Shown piece by piece: positions 47,564 to 56,043 of a stretch of DNA of 64,000 nt; the stretch's first letter is position 1; every line of letters starts with the position of its first letter. The position numbers and the translations under genes were made by a program. The notes under the pieces were generated by a model. That model was given only the letters and a program-made list of their open reading frames with translations, was not told the origin of the DNA and searched no databases. The stretch comes from a virus, in the IMG/VR virus record IMGVR_UViG_3300029922_000013, positions 86,859 to 150,858 of that record; one strand, given 5' to 3'.

Positions 47564-49185
47564 ATCCCACAAACCCCGTTAACACAACTATTTTCCATTT
47601 CCTCAAACACCTTGCCTTCATCTTGAAGAGCTTCTTCCAGAGTAACTCGTGTCAATGGCTGTCCACCACGGCATCCATCTGGATAAACGGTGAATCCCCT
47701 AAGACGCTTAGCGTACTTCAGAAGAACATTAGCATTCTTCTCATAGTTATCTTCATTATTAGTCTCAGATCCCCATGACGGCATGTTACAAGTACTAGAA
47801 ATAGACATATCCACATAGTTTTGAACATCGGCCTGGAACTTAACCCGTTGCTTAAATGTCAAGTCGTAAGAATCCTTGATATTTTCAAGTTTGACACCTT
47901 GTTCTAGGAGCCTCTTGACAGATCCGTCCACTACATATTGATACATCCACTTGTTGTCCTTGAAGTAACGCCTCTTATAAGCCTTACAGAAGAGTGGTTC
48001 AATCCCTGTAGTAGATTCTGCAATGATCCCGATGGTTCCTGTTGGAGCGATTGCACGAACCCCCTTTGGCACAGATACTCCCAATTGCTTAGCTCCAATG
48101 AAGGCTGCGGAGTCTGATTCTTGTTCATAAATAGACAGCCACTTGTGGAGTTCTGGGCTTACTTCATATCCCAAACCTCTGGCCATGAGCCATTCATGGA
48201 TTCCACCTAGACCCAATCCAATGCGGTTGTTCTTAACGCCCACTTCCTTAATCTTGGCTGTAGGAACGTCACTGTAGATACCACCACAAAGCAAGAACAA
48301 GGTAGCGTACTTAACGGTTTCTGCAAGATCCTTCTTATCCTTAATCCTATTAATCCAAACTGTTCCTAGATTACACTTATCAGAATCATCTTCGCTCGTC
48401 ACTTCCGTACATGCATTTCTCAATGATTCCGCATCCTTACGGAAGTTAAAGCTCATGCCTGGTTCAGCAGAAGAAAATGCTTGCTTACAATTTTCCAACC
48501 AAACCTTCTTGGCCAGTTGGTGCTTGTCGTGGTTCTCGTTCTCTATAGCAATGAAGAATTCCGTATCATAGACCACAGAAATATTGGTGAGTTCCATTGG
48601 GAGTGGGAACGTTAGGTCTGATAGTTTAGCCTGCTTAAGGAAATCCGTGTAGTCCTTGAGGTGGATAAATTTAAAAACATCCTTATGTGACCAATTGAGT
48701 CCAGCCCAGATTGCAGATCTACGTTGTCCTCCCTGCATAATATAGCGCCCAGACTCGTTAACCATTTTCATCAAGGCAATCGGTCCTGTAGAAGTCCCAC
48801 CTGTTCGAGCGATCTTTTCGCCTTCGCCACGCAACTTAGAGTATTCTACTCCAATACCACCACCAGTCATCAACGCTGCAGTAACCTTGTGTTGAACTTC
48901 AGCCCAGGACTCTCTGGAATCTTCTGCTCTGAATAGAAAGCAATTATTAACTTGATGGAACTCTCTTCCGGCAGCGTACAGGTAGCGTCCACCTGGAATG
49001 AATTTACGATCTAGGATGATATTGTAGATCTTTTCTTTAGTCTTGGCATCAAGTAACTGAGAACAAACTGCTTCAGTTACTCGTTTGGCTGTATCAGCCC
49101 ATGTTTCAACTCCGTCTTTGGAGTATTTTTGCAGATAAATGTCTTGTGAAAACTTAGACGAAAAAACATCGAACGAACTCTTCAT
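47560..49185 (-). CDS. nrdJ: Class II (adenosylcobalamin-dependent) ribonucleotide reductase, compact
   Basis: PGGR, NNCF, NACTE, CNLG, APTGTI, GFTVYPDGCR (no class I YY pair), C-terminal CxxGxC; no adjacent beta subunit. Confidence 0.82.
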   Translation of the reverse strand: MKSSFDVFSSKFSQDIYLQKYSKDGVETWADTAKRVTEAVCSQLLDAKTKEKIYNIILDRKFIPGGRYLYAAGREFHQVNNCFLFRAEDSRESWAEVQHKVTAALMTGGGIGVEYSKLRGEGEKIARTGGTSTGPIALMKMVNESGRYIMQGGQRRSAIWAGLNWSHKDVFKFIHLKDYTDFLKQAKLSDLTFPLPMELTNISVVYDTEFFIAIENENHDKHQLAKKVWLENCKQAFSSAEPGMSFNFRKDAESLRNACTEVTSEDDSDKCNLGTVWINRIKDKKDLAETVKYATLFLLCGGIYSDVPTAKIKEVGVKNNRIGLGLGGIHEWLMARGLGYEVSPELHKWLSIYEQESDSAAFIGAKQLGVSVPKGVRAIAPTGTIGIIAESTTGIEPLFCKAYKRRYFKDNKWMYQYVVDGSVKRLLEQGVKLENIKDSYDLTFKQRVKFQADVQNYVDMSISSTCNMPSWGSETNNEDNYEKNANVLLKYAKRLRGFTVYPDGCRGGQPLTRVTLEEALQDEGKVFEEMENSCVNGVCGI

Positions 49186-49200
49186 TTACGGTGTCCTCTA

Positions 49201-49500
49201 TTATTCTTGTGGTTCAAGTATCTTGTTAATTTCTTCTACCAGCTTAGCATTTCCCTTACGAAAGTCAAGCCTAATTTGCAGTACAAACATGATTCCGTTT
49301 AGGAAGCTTGAAACAGTAACAAAGGCTTCGGAATTCAAATATTTAAAATTTAAATATCCAATTAAAATCGTGGCGGCTACTAGTAAACTAAAATTCTTGA
49401 ATGCTATCCAGGCTCCATTCCAAATGGCCCAACGGCTCAGCCTTTTCAATTTGGTCTTCTGCTCATCGGTAATATCTAGATCATCGATATTAAATCCCAT
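49201..49500 (-). CDS. Two-TM membrane protein
   Basis: Two hydrophobic segments; start overlaps the upstream stop. Confidence 0.55.
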   Translation of the reverse strand: MGFNIDDLDITDEQKTKLKRLSRWAIWNGAWIAFKNFSLLVAATILIGYLNFKYLNSEAFVTVSSFLNGIMFVLQIRLDFRKGNAKLVEEINKILEPQE

Positions 49501-50150
49501 CAGTCCCACCATTTTCTTGCGTGCGCTTTAAGTATATGTGCCAGCTTATCAACGTCGTTCAAATAATCCTGATCAGCTTTTTTATACATCTCCTGACGCT
49601 CTTCCATTTCTTGATTCTTGACTTCTTCGGTTGCATTTAGGGTACCGGAACGCCAAGATTCCCATTTAAAGAGAGTGGGCTCTCCATTCTTATCGAACTT
49701 TTCAGGAATAGTCTTAGTTTCAAGCTTACCCCAGCGTCTCTCGTGCTGGCGATAATACTTATCTTCATATCTACCTCTTTGAAGCCTCCAAGTGATCTTA
49801 ATTAGATCGCTCAACGCTTTCATATCCTCGTCTTCTTGAACAGCATGGCCGTTCTCTAGCGCCTTACGGATTCTCTTAAGCTTAAAATTAAGAAGATCAT
49901 AAGCGCAAGCAAAATCGAAATCGTAGTTTTTCCATCCAAAACGAGCGTAATCCCAAGCTCTGCGAGTTCTATCTATCTTTACATCAAAAAAGCTTTCAAT
50001 TGGATAAACAACCTTAAACATAATGAACTGTAGAACATGGTGAAGCCCCTTCTGGAACAAATTACAATCAGTATCAACTCCCATTGGGCAACCACAATCC
50101 ATTGCGAGCCAGCGGGGCTTGCGTTCTTTTAGAGCTTTAGAATTTAACAT
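49500..50150 (-). CDS. Hypothetical phage protein
   Basis: 216-aa ORF with GGAG RBS; ends in WWD. Confidence 0.6.
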   Translation of the reverse strand: MLNSKALKERKPRWLAMDCGCPMGVDTDCNLFQKGLHHVLQFIMFKVVYPIESFFDVKIDRTRRAWDYARFGWKNYDFDFACAYDLLNFKLKRIRKALENGHAVQEDEDMKALSDLIKITWRLQRGRYEDKYYRQHERRWGKLETKTIPEKFDKNGEPTLFKWESWRSGTLNATEEVKNQEMEERQEMYKKADQDYLNDVDKLAHILKAHARKWWD

Positions 50151-50442
50151 CTTGACTCCTCAAAGTGGTAAGTTGGGATCTGAGTTCTACATTTTCTCTA
50201 ATTAGTTCTGAATTCAAAAGCTCAGCTCTACTCAACTTTGTCCATCTCTCGGCCAATGCCTTCTGCATCTGGCGGAGTTGAGCCCTACGACTCTTGCCTC
50301 TTCGCTCTTTGGGTTCATCAGTTTCACTTGCCAAGACCCAATCGCCTATCGTTGGTCGATCTGATTCGTAGTAGCCCCAGCAAACATCTACAGGATTTCC
50401 ACTTCCTTCATCAATCTGTACCCAAAAGCTTCGTTTACTCAT
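50137..50442 (-). CDS. Hypothetical protein
   Basis: Coupled ORF. Confidence 0.5.
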   Translation of the reverse strand: MSKRSFWVQIDEGSGNPVDVCWGYYESDRPTIGDWVLASETDEPKERRGKSRRAQLRQMQKALAERWTKLSRAELLNSELIRENVELRSQLTTLRSQDVKF

Positions 50443-50623
50443 TTCTTCATCCTTTGTATCAATTTATCGATTAGAATAACCATGTCCGTAGGATCGACGC
50501 GTTCCATAATCATCAAATCAGCGAATCTTTCAACTGCTTTTTCGGGGTCTAGTTCCATGGTATGCTCCATGACGAAATCTATCTGCTTTTTTGTAAGTCT
50601 AATTCTGTCGCTCAAATATCACC

Positions 50624-50839
50624 TCAATCTGTCAGCACTAGCATTCTGTAGACACCATCTTCATCCAAAAGTACGACATGTCCTGTTTTTTGGTTCACCT
50701 TAACATATTTTTCAATGCCCTTTTGGTCTGCCCTGCCAATTTCAACCCAATGACCGCGACCATCCTGATTAGTCCTACGGCGATCTACCTTCTTTAGGAA
50801 GGGATGACCAAATCGATCTGAGTGTATTTCAAACACCAT
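50624..50839 (-). CDS. Hypothetical protein
   Basis: Coupled ORF, GAGGA RBS. Confidence 0.5.
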   Translation of the reverse strand: MVFEIHSDRFGHPFLKKVDRRRTNQDGRGHWVEIGRADQKGIEKYVKVNQKTGHVVLLDEDGVYRMLVLTD

Positions 50840-51071
50840 TGTAAAGTTCCTCGTTATGATCTTCTAAAAAGTTAATAAGCGAATGGTAGACCTGTTCTTC
50901 TAGGTGTTTCATTGTTGCTCCTGGAAAGCCTCTGTGTTCATGGTGATAATAGTCTTTATCCCATTCTTTCCTGTATTCAACTCTAATCATGCCGTTGAAA
51001 TCGCTGCAGAATTGAACTTCATAGTCTAATTGGGTGATGTCATGCAGTAGTTCGGTGATGGTTCTAGTCAT
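50829..51071 (-). CDS. Hypothetical protein
   Basis: ATGA-coupled to dUTPase. Confidence 0.5.
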   Translation of the reverse strand: MTRTITELLHDITQLDYEVQFCSDFNGMIRVEYRKEWDKDYYHHEHRGFPGATMKHLEEQVYHSLINFLEDHNEELYNGV

Positions 51072-51508
51072 AGGCCAGTGCTCCCGAATCCGCCAGTAGA
51101 ACGTTCTGTTTCACTTAGATAGTCTACCACCTCAATATCAGCTTGGACTACGGGGCAAACCACACCTTGAGCAATGCGGTCACCCTTTTTAATAGTGTAA
51201 GAAATGGTTCCATAGCTGTTTGCGGCTAGATGCATAATGGCACAAACCTCGCCGCGAAACGACGAATCAACCGTTCCTGGACTGTTGGCCACACGCAGTG
51301 AGGTTTTCAATGAAAGTCCAGATCTAGGTCTTACTTGGAGTTCATACCCGTAGCCCACATCAAAAGCCAGGCCTGTGCGAACTAGTTTAGTTTCTCCTAC
51401 AGCAATTGTCACGTCTTCTAGGGCATAAAAATCGAATCCGGCGTCCCCTGGCATAGCATACTTAGGAATTACCGCGTCTTCGTGCAACTTCTTAATTCTG
51501 ATCTTCAT
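51068..51508 (-). CDS. dut: Trimeric dUTPase
   Basis: AGFDF, RPRSG, GTVDSSFRGE, GDRIAQ, RSTGGFGSTG motifs I-V. Confidence 0.95.
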   Translation of the reverse strand: MKIRIKKLHEDAVIPKYAMPGDAGFDFYALEDVTIAVGETKLVRTGLAFDVGYGYELQVRPRSGLSLKTSLRVANSPGTVDSSFRGEVCAIMHLAANSYGTISYTIKKGDRIAQGVVCPVVQADIEVVDYLSETERSTGGFGSTGL

Positions 51509-51722
51509 TCTTAACTCCTTCTGTCAAACTATAGTTACCGTCGTACCTTGGCCTTAGCACTATCAAATTTCTATACCCAAGCGGCTGATCACCTTTATAA
51601 ATAATACATTCCTTTGGATCTACATTGTAGAGATCCATAAGCTGCCGAGCGTTTACGTAATGAACATTCCCATCATTCTTAGACGCCACCTTACCGGGCA
51701 TAACCAAATATCTTTTGGCCAT
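51492..51722 (-). CDS. Hypothetical protein
   Basis: Coupled ORF. Confidence 0.55.
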   Translation of the reverse strand: MAKRYLVMPGKVASKNDGNVHYVNARQLMDLYNVDPKECIIYKGDQPLGYRNLIVLRPRYDGNYSLTEGVKNEDQN

Positions 51723-52135
51723 TACTTCTTCCCCAAGTCATAATCTGGCATCATAGAACTTCGGTCTTCTGTGCCTATCAAATCAAAAGCTCCTACTACT
51801 TCTTCTGACTGCGAATAAGTAATTACATGCTTTAATATACGAGTTTCAAAGAAAACTGAGTCAAACACTAAACTAGCATGGAACCACCAACGCAAAGCCT
51901 GCGCTGCGGAATAACTCAGAAGACCAAGTTCTTTGGCTCTATTACAAAATATTTGATTTGGAACCCCAACTTTTGCTTCTTCAAAAGTGACCCTTTTCCA
52001 TTCTTTGTGGAAAATAACTCCACCTACTTCTTTGGGTTCCCTAAAGTTTACACGAGCTTCTACCGAATAGGCTGGCGTAGTTCCAGATGACGATGACTGC
52101 TTTTTGGGAAATTCAGGAGCTTCTTCTTTTGTCAT
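51722..52135 (-). CDS. Hypothetical protein
   Basis: Coupled ORF. Confidence 0.55.
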   Translation of the reverse strand: MTKEEAPEFPKKQSSSSGTTPAYSVEARVNFREPKEVGGVIFHKEWKRVTFEEAKVGVPNQIFCNRAKELGLLSYSAAQALRWWFHASLVFDSVFFETRILKHVITYSQSEEVVGAFDLIGTEDRSSMMPDYDLGKK

Positions 52136-52299
52136 TCCTCGTCCACCTCTTCTGAGTTCTCATCATCCAGTGAAAAATCAAGGTCATCCTCCTCGATACA
52201 GCCTTCAAGGTAGTCAAAAAGACGATATTTAAGATCATCCAAATCTGTGGGATCTCCTTTAAGTTCTACTTCAATTTTAACTTTAAGCATCTTAAGCAT
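52132..52299 (-). CDS. Very acidic 55-aa protein (absent from the ORF track)
   Basis: MLKMLKVKIEVELKGDPTDLDDLKYRLFDYLEGCIEEDDLDFSLDDENSEEVDEE; AGGAG RBS; ATGA-coupled to the next gene. Confidence 0.65.
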   Translation of the reverse strand: MLKMLKVKIEVELKGDPTDLDDLKYRLFDYLEGCIEEDDLDFSLDDENSEEVDEE

Positions 52300-52300
52300 C

Positions 52301-52591
52301 TTATGATCTCCTATTTAAATAGTATAAGGTATTCTTTGAAAAGTCAACCTTTTTTGGAAATAACTTGTATCGCCAAATTACAAGTAAAAATACAAGGTTA
52401 GCACTATAATTAAACACCAAGTAAGCGAAACTAGCATCTTTTAGAACCGCCAATAACGTAAAAAGTTCACCTAGAGTCCACAATATCAAGAAAGTGGGAT
52501 CTAATCCCTTAGCATGTCCATCCCTGTAGGCTCTTAAAGCCTGAGGGCAGGCACAAAATGCAAGTGCGATGGAACCTAACCATCCAATCAT
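52301..52591 (-). CDS. PQ-loop / SemiSWEET-like 3-TM membrane protein
   Basis: IGWLGSIALAFCACPQ...AKGL...W...GE...NY pattern. Confidence 0.8.
   Translation of the reverse strand: MIGWLGSIALAFCACPQALRAYRDGHAKGLDPTFLILWTLGELFTLLAVLKDASFAYLVFNYSANLVFLLVIWRYKLFPKKVDFSKNTLYYLNRRS
52319..52347 (-). promoter_or_regulatory. Sigma70-like promoter
   Basis: TTGACT-17 nt-TACTAT within the 3' end of the PQ-loop gene. Confidence 0.55.
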
Positions 52592-53202
52592 ACTAGGCTA
52601 GCCTTATCGCACCAATTCGAATGAAGTCCTGCTACTTTGTCGGCTCCACAAGTGCATTTGTCTTTGACCCCAGGATTTTTAATGCTAATGGTTACGGGCA
52701 CATCAGTAATTCCATATGAAGTTATTGGAACACTTCCATAGGTAACTTTGTATTTATAGGTTGCTGAAGCAGCTGTAGGCAAAGTGTAGCCCGTTGCGGT
52801 TGGATTGTAGCTATTAGGTGAAGGATGTGCAGGCTGGGAGGGTGTCGGAGGTCCTAAACTAGTGTTGTGGTTATGAGCATTCCCAACAGTAGCGCCACCC
52901 GGAGGATCGATTATAGTAATGCCCTGAAAAGTATTAAATTGCTTCAAAAACCCGTTAATAGGAATGACGTGTCTTTTCCAATTACCTTCGATCTCGGTTC
53001 CATCTGCAAAGTCATCGTTTTCGGCTTCTACTTTATACACTTTGGACAATGAAATAGTTGGCATATCTTCAATATTAGTTATACGAGTTTCTCCTGGCAA
53101 AGAATTTATCATTTGCTGCAACTCCTTAAAAGGAACTCCGGCATCGCCGGCCACAAATCCGAGTGTGTGCGACACTCTAAAAATCATAAAAATCTTACCC
53201 AT
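52588..53202 (-). CDS. Hypothetical protein with Pro-rich linker and C-terminal CxC..H..C motif
   Basis: CTCGADKVAGLHSNWC; AGGAG RBS. Confidence 0.55.
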   Translation of the reverse strand: MGKIFMIFRVSHTLGFVAGDAGVPFKELQQMINSLPGETRITNIEDMPTISLSKVYKVEAENDDFADGTEIEGNWKRHVIPINGFLKQFNTFQGITIIDPPGGATVGNAHNHNTSLGPPTPSQPAHPSPNSYNPTATGYTLPTAASATYKYKVTYGSVPITSYGITDVPVTISIKNPGVKDKCTCGADKVAGLHSNWCDKASLV

Positions 53203-53436
53203 AAATCTCCTACTTCTTGATTAGACTTGTCAAACTAAAATAGTTCAAATAATGTACATGACTATGACTACTAAACACACTCAAGATGGCCGAAACTATC
53301 AAGGCTGTTTTAAGCGTTGGCCAAATATTCTGTGGCGCTGGCAAACCTGAGTTGTAGATGGTGCAGCCAAAACCAAAAACTACCCAGAGCCCAAAGTGTA
53401 CTAAATATACGTGGAACCACTGGCTTAGGTAGTGGA

Positions 53437-53787
53437 TCATACTTCTACACCCACAGATTTGAGGGCTGCGCGACAAATAGCCTCCGTTACTGTTGTGGCT
53501 TTTGCATTCACAAATTTATCCGAATAAGGTCCTTGGGGAGTTGCTAATCTAACTACCCAGCCATCCGACACCGATCCAATATCCCAAACACCATACACAT
53601 GCCCAACTACCACCCAAGCGTACTCAATATCTTCCCAAAAATTGGGCAGTGGATTAAACAAAATCGACTCTCCGCGATCATCATAATAATCCGCCTCACC
53701 TAGGCTCCAATCACCTTTTTTATTGCGAACTACTTCTAGTCCCAATACTTTTTCTGCGACTAGGGCGTTTATTTCTTGGTTAGTCAT
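53437..53787 (-). CDS. Phage ABA-sandwich-like protein
   Basis: INALVAEKVLG...PNFWEDIEYAW...AICRAAL pattern. Confidence 0.6.
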   Translation of the reverse strand: MTNQEINALVAEKVLGLEVVRNKKGDWSLGEADYYDDRGESILFNPLPNFWEDIEYAWVVVGHVYGVWDIGSVSDGWVVRLATPQGPYSDKFVNAKATTVTEAICRAALKSVGVEV

Positions 53788-53981
53788 TTTATTTCCTTAC
53801 CGTGCCACAGATTTGGGCTACACACGCAAATTCCTCTGTAAGGACTTCCGGTATAAAAATCCATATCACGGGCGAGACTTTCACACAAGTCACTACAGCC
53901 CTCTACAGTGCAATAATCACTATTGCATCTATTTGCTGTAGAACAACCTGTAAATATTAGGAGTAGAAGCAAGTATTTCAT
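53784..53981 (-). CDS. Cys-rich small lipoprotein
   Basis: MKYLLLLLIFTGC lipobox; six further Cys. Confidence 0.65.
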   Translation of the reverse strand: MKYLLLLLIFTGCSTANRCNSDYCTVEGCSDLCESLARDMDFYTGSPYRGICVCSPNLWHGKEIK

Positions 53982-54131
53982 TCGAGTTCATCCATAATAT
54001 GGAGATAGTTGTATTCAATCAATTGCGTAATAATATAAACTAAACAAGTACCATCAGAATTGTGGGTTGCGAACCAGTACCCTGCAGAATATATTGCTGC
54101 TGAAACCGAAGAAACTAAAAAGTTTTTCATT

Positions 54132-54413
54132 TTATACTCCTAGGTCGAATCCAGCTTCTTGAGCTTCCTTCTTACTTAGAACAGTTCCACCCTTTTCACC
54201 CGGTAAAGCTGTGCGCTTGTAATCCAAGTCTGAATAATAAACGAATCTGCCGTTAGGCTTTACGATCTTATAAACTACCAAAGTAGCTGGGTCTTGGATA
54301 TAAGACCCTTCCTTAAGATCTACCATGACGGCGTGAAGTTCCTTTTTCCTTGCCACTAAGAGTTCTTCGTATCGTTCAATTTCATAAGCTAAAGCTAAAA
54401 ATTTCTCGTTCAT
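54132..54413 (-). CDS. Hypothetical protein
   Basis: Coupled ORF. Confidence 0.55.
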   Translation of the reverse strand: MNEKFLALAYEIERYEELLVARKKELHAVMVDLKEGSYIQDPATLVVYKIVKPNGRFVYYSDLDYKRTALPGEKGGTVLSKKEAQEAGFDLGV

Positions 54414-54589
54414 TCGTCATCTCCCCAAATACTACTAAGTGCGTCACCATAACCATCCCAATTATCTACTCCTTGCGCTCTAAGAGCATTCAGAAATTCC
54501 GAATCTTTTACAAGTTCTTCGTACTCTTTCTTGGTAATGGTAACCACTTCACCCGTTACTGGAATCGTGTCTTGTACTTCAAAAACCAT
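54410..54589 (-). CDS. Small acidic phage protein with GVDNWDGY motif (59 aa, absent from the ORF track)
   Basis: AGGAGG RBS; VTITKKEYEELVKDSEFLNALRAQGVDNWDGY. Confidence 0.65.
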   Translation of the reverse strand: MVFEVQDTIPVTGEVVTITKKEYEELVKDSEFLNALRAQGVDNWDGYGDALSSIWGDDE

Positions 54590-54598
54590 ACTTCCTCC

Positions 54599-54826
54599 TT
54601 AATCTAGTACGGGTCCGCGACCCTTATAGTTTGTATACCCATTTAGAATCCTATTCTTACCTTGGTCCAGTAAGAAATTCGCTTCAGTGTCGCTTTGATT
54701 AAAAGCAAAACACTCTACATGGTTACCATCGGTTAGCACCAAAACGGCCTTAATGTTCTTATTTGTTAGCAATGCAGCCAACTCTTTGGGGACTGTTGTT
54801 AAAAGATCACTTGGAATAAAATACAT
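54599..54826 (-). CDS. Hypothetical protein, first gene after a promoter and structured leader
   Basis: AAGGAG RBS. Confidence 0.55.
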   Translation of the reverse strand: MYFIPSDLLTTVPKELAALLTNKNIKAVLVLTDGNHVECFAFNQSDTEANFLLDQGKNRILNGYTNYKGRGPVLD

Positions 54827-54842
54827 ACATTCTCCTTAAATT

Positions 54843-54912
54843 GCAGGGCGGCCACTTTGGCCTGGGCATTGTGCAGGCGCGTTTAAAGTAGTGTTTCAGA
54901 GCTACTCCCTGC
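54843..54912 (-). ncRNA. Structured 5' leader / small RNA candidate
   Basis: Closing stem GCAGGG/CCCUGC enclosing several hairpins; GC-rich island after a promoter. Confidence 0.4.
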
Positions 54913-54928
54913 TCATAGCCATTGAAGT

Positions 54929-54957
54929 AGTCTATAGAAGGTTAATAGAAATGTCAA
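54929..54957 (-). promoter_or_regulatory. Sigma70-like promoter
   Basis: TTGACA-17 nt-TAGACT. Confidence 0.75.
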
Positions 54958-55069
54958 TAGAAAATATTAGGGGAAAGAACTAAGAAGTCCTAATATTAGG
55001 ATCTGGAGCTAATATTGATAAATTGATGTTAGAAATCAAATAGATAGATACTTATGGCATAAATAATGC

Positions 55070-55077
55070 AATCTTTA
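55070..55077 (+). promoter_or_regulatory. AATCTTTA putative late-promoter motif
   Basis: 4 nt upstream of the ATG at 55082. Confidence 0.55.
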
Positions 55078-55081
55078 AGGT

Positions 55082-55801
55082 ATGACATTCCCAATTGCTT
55101 ACCCCTTTCCGACCCTGACCTATACTCCAAACCCATCATTCTTTCAAATGGGTCAAGCAACAGTCATTTCTCCGGTGCCAGGAACAGGCGGGAGCAACTT
55201 TGCTATAGCTTCTGGGAGTTTACCAGCTGGATTGACTTTGAATCCAACCACAGGAGTGATTTCGGGTACACCAACGGCTCTGGTTGTTTCTAACGTGGTC
55301 ATTAGCGATACCTTACCAGATACTACGGTGCTGACTTGTTCTCTTATCATTACCATTACTGATATCCCTACAGTAGCCCCTGTATCTAATACCACCTCAG
55401 CTACCGACTTGGTTGCTTTGATGAACTTCTACGAGAAGAATTTTGTAGCTGCCACAACACAGATGATCGCAAATAATCAACAACTCGGAATGTACTGGGT
55501 GGACGTTGACTTGCCCCTACGCGCGAACCCTAAGACAATGCGTGCTTATTTCGAAGCTTTGGGTTACCAGTTCTACGCGGTGAACTGGCGCGATTACCAG
55601 ACTAACTACGACTATTTTTGGGGTACTGGCGACTTCTTTAATCGGGGTTACTACGGTCAGGGCTGGGGTTTGCTCAACCCTGGCTACGGTAGGAACAAAC
55701 CTGGCTATCCTTGTGCACCTGTAAACAAACCTAGGATCAGAATTAGTTGGTTCGGAAATCCCGTAATTTGTGTTAAAACTTACGAAATAGACGAGCCTTA
55801 A
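55082..55801 (+). CDS. Putative-Ig (He_PIG-like) domain protein, probable virion component
   Basis: SGSLPAGLTLNPTTGVISGTPT signature. Confidence 0.7.
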   Translation: MTFPIAYPFPTLTYTPNPSFFQMGQATVISPVPGTGGSNFAIASGSLPAGLTLNPTTGVISGTPTALVVSNVVISDTLPDTTVLTCSLIITITDIPTVAPVSNTTSATDLVALMNFYEKNFVAATTQMIANNQQLGMYWVDVDLPLRANPKTMRAYFEALGYQFYAVNWRDYQTNYDYFWGTGDFFNRGYYGQGWGLLNPGYGRNKPGYPCAPVNKPRIRISWFGNPVICVKTYEIDEP

Positions 55802-56043
55802 TAGGGCGATATGATATCCAGCGGTACCCAATGTAAGCTTGCTGGTTCAACCATGTCGATCTTTTCTCCATTCGATAACCAATAACTTACGTAATTCATG
55901 TAGGGTCCATACAAACAGGCTTTGTATGTGAGATGATGTCCGTTTGCTAGGGCGTCAAGTAGCATCTCTTGAGCCTCTTTATTGGCAACTTCATGCTCAT
56001 CCATGAGCTTCTGTCTGTAACGGAATGGTTCTAAACTACTCAT
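55798..56043 (-). CDS. Hypothetical protein
   Basis: Coupled to the DUF1003 gene; GGAG RBS. Confidence 0.5.
   Translation of the reverse strand: MSSLEPFRYRQKLMDEHEVANKEAQEMLLDALANGHHLTYKACLYGPYMNYVSYWLSNGEKIDMVEPASLHWVPLDIISPY

Noticed and set aside
54843-54916. Twister-sister ribozyme on the + strand (GCAGG..., GUGCAGG loop, GCUCAU) or a true tRNA on the - strand
   Set aside because: No P1 stem flanks the putative cleavage loop and it is antisense to the promoter; as a tRNA it lacks the T-loop, anticodon arm and CCA.
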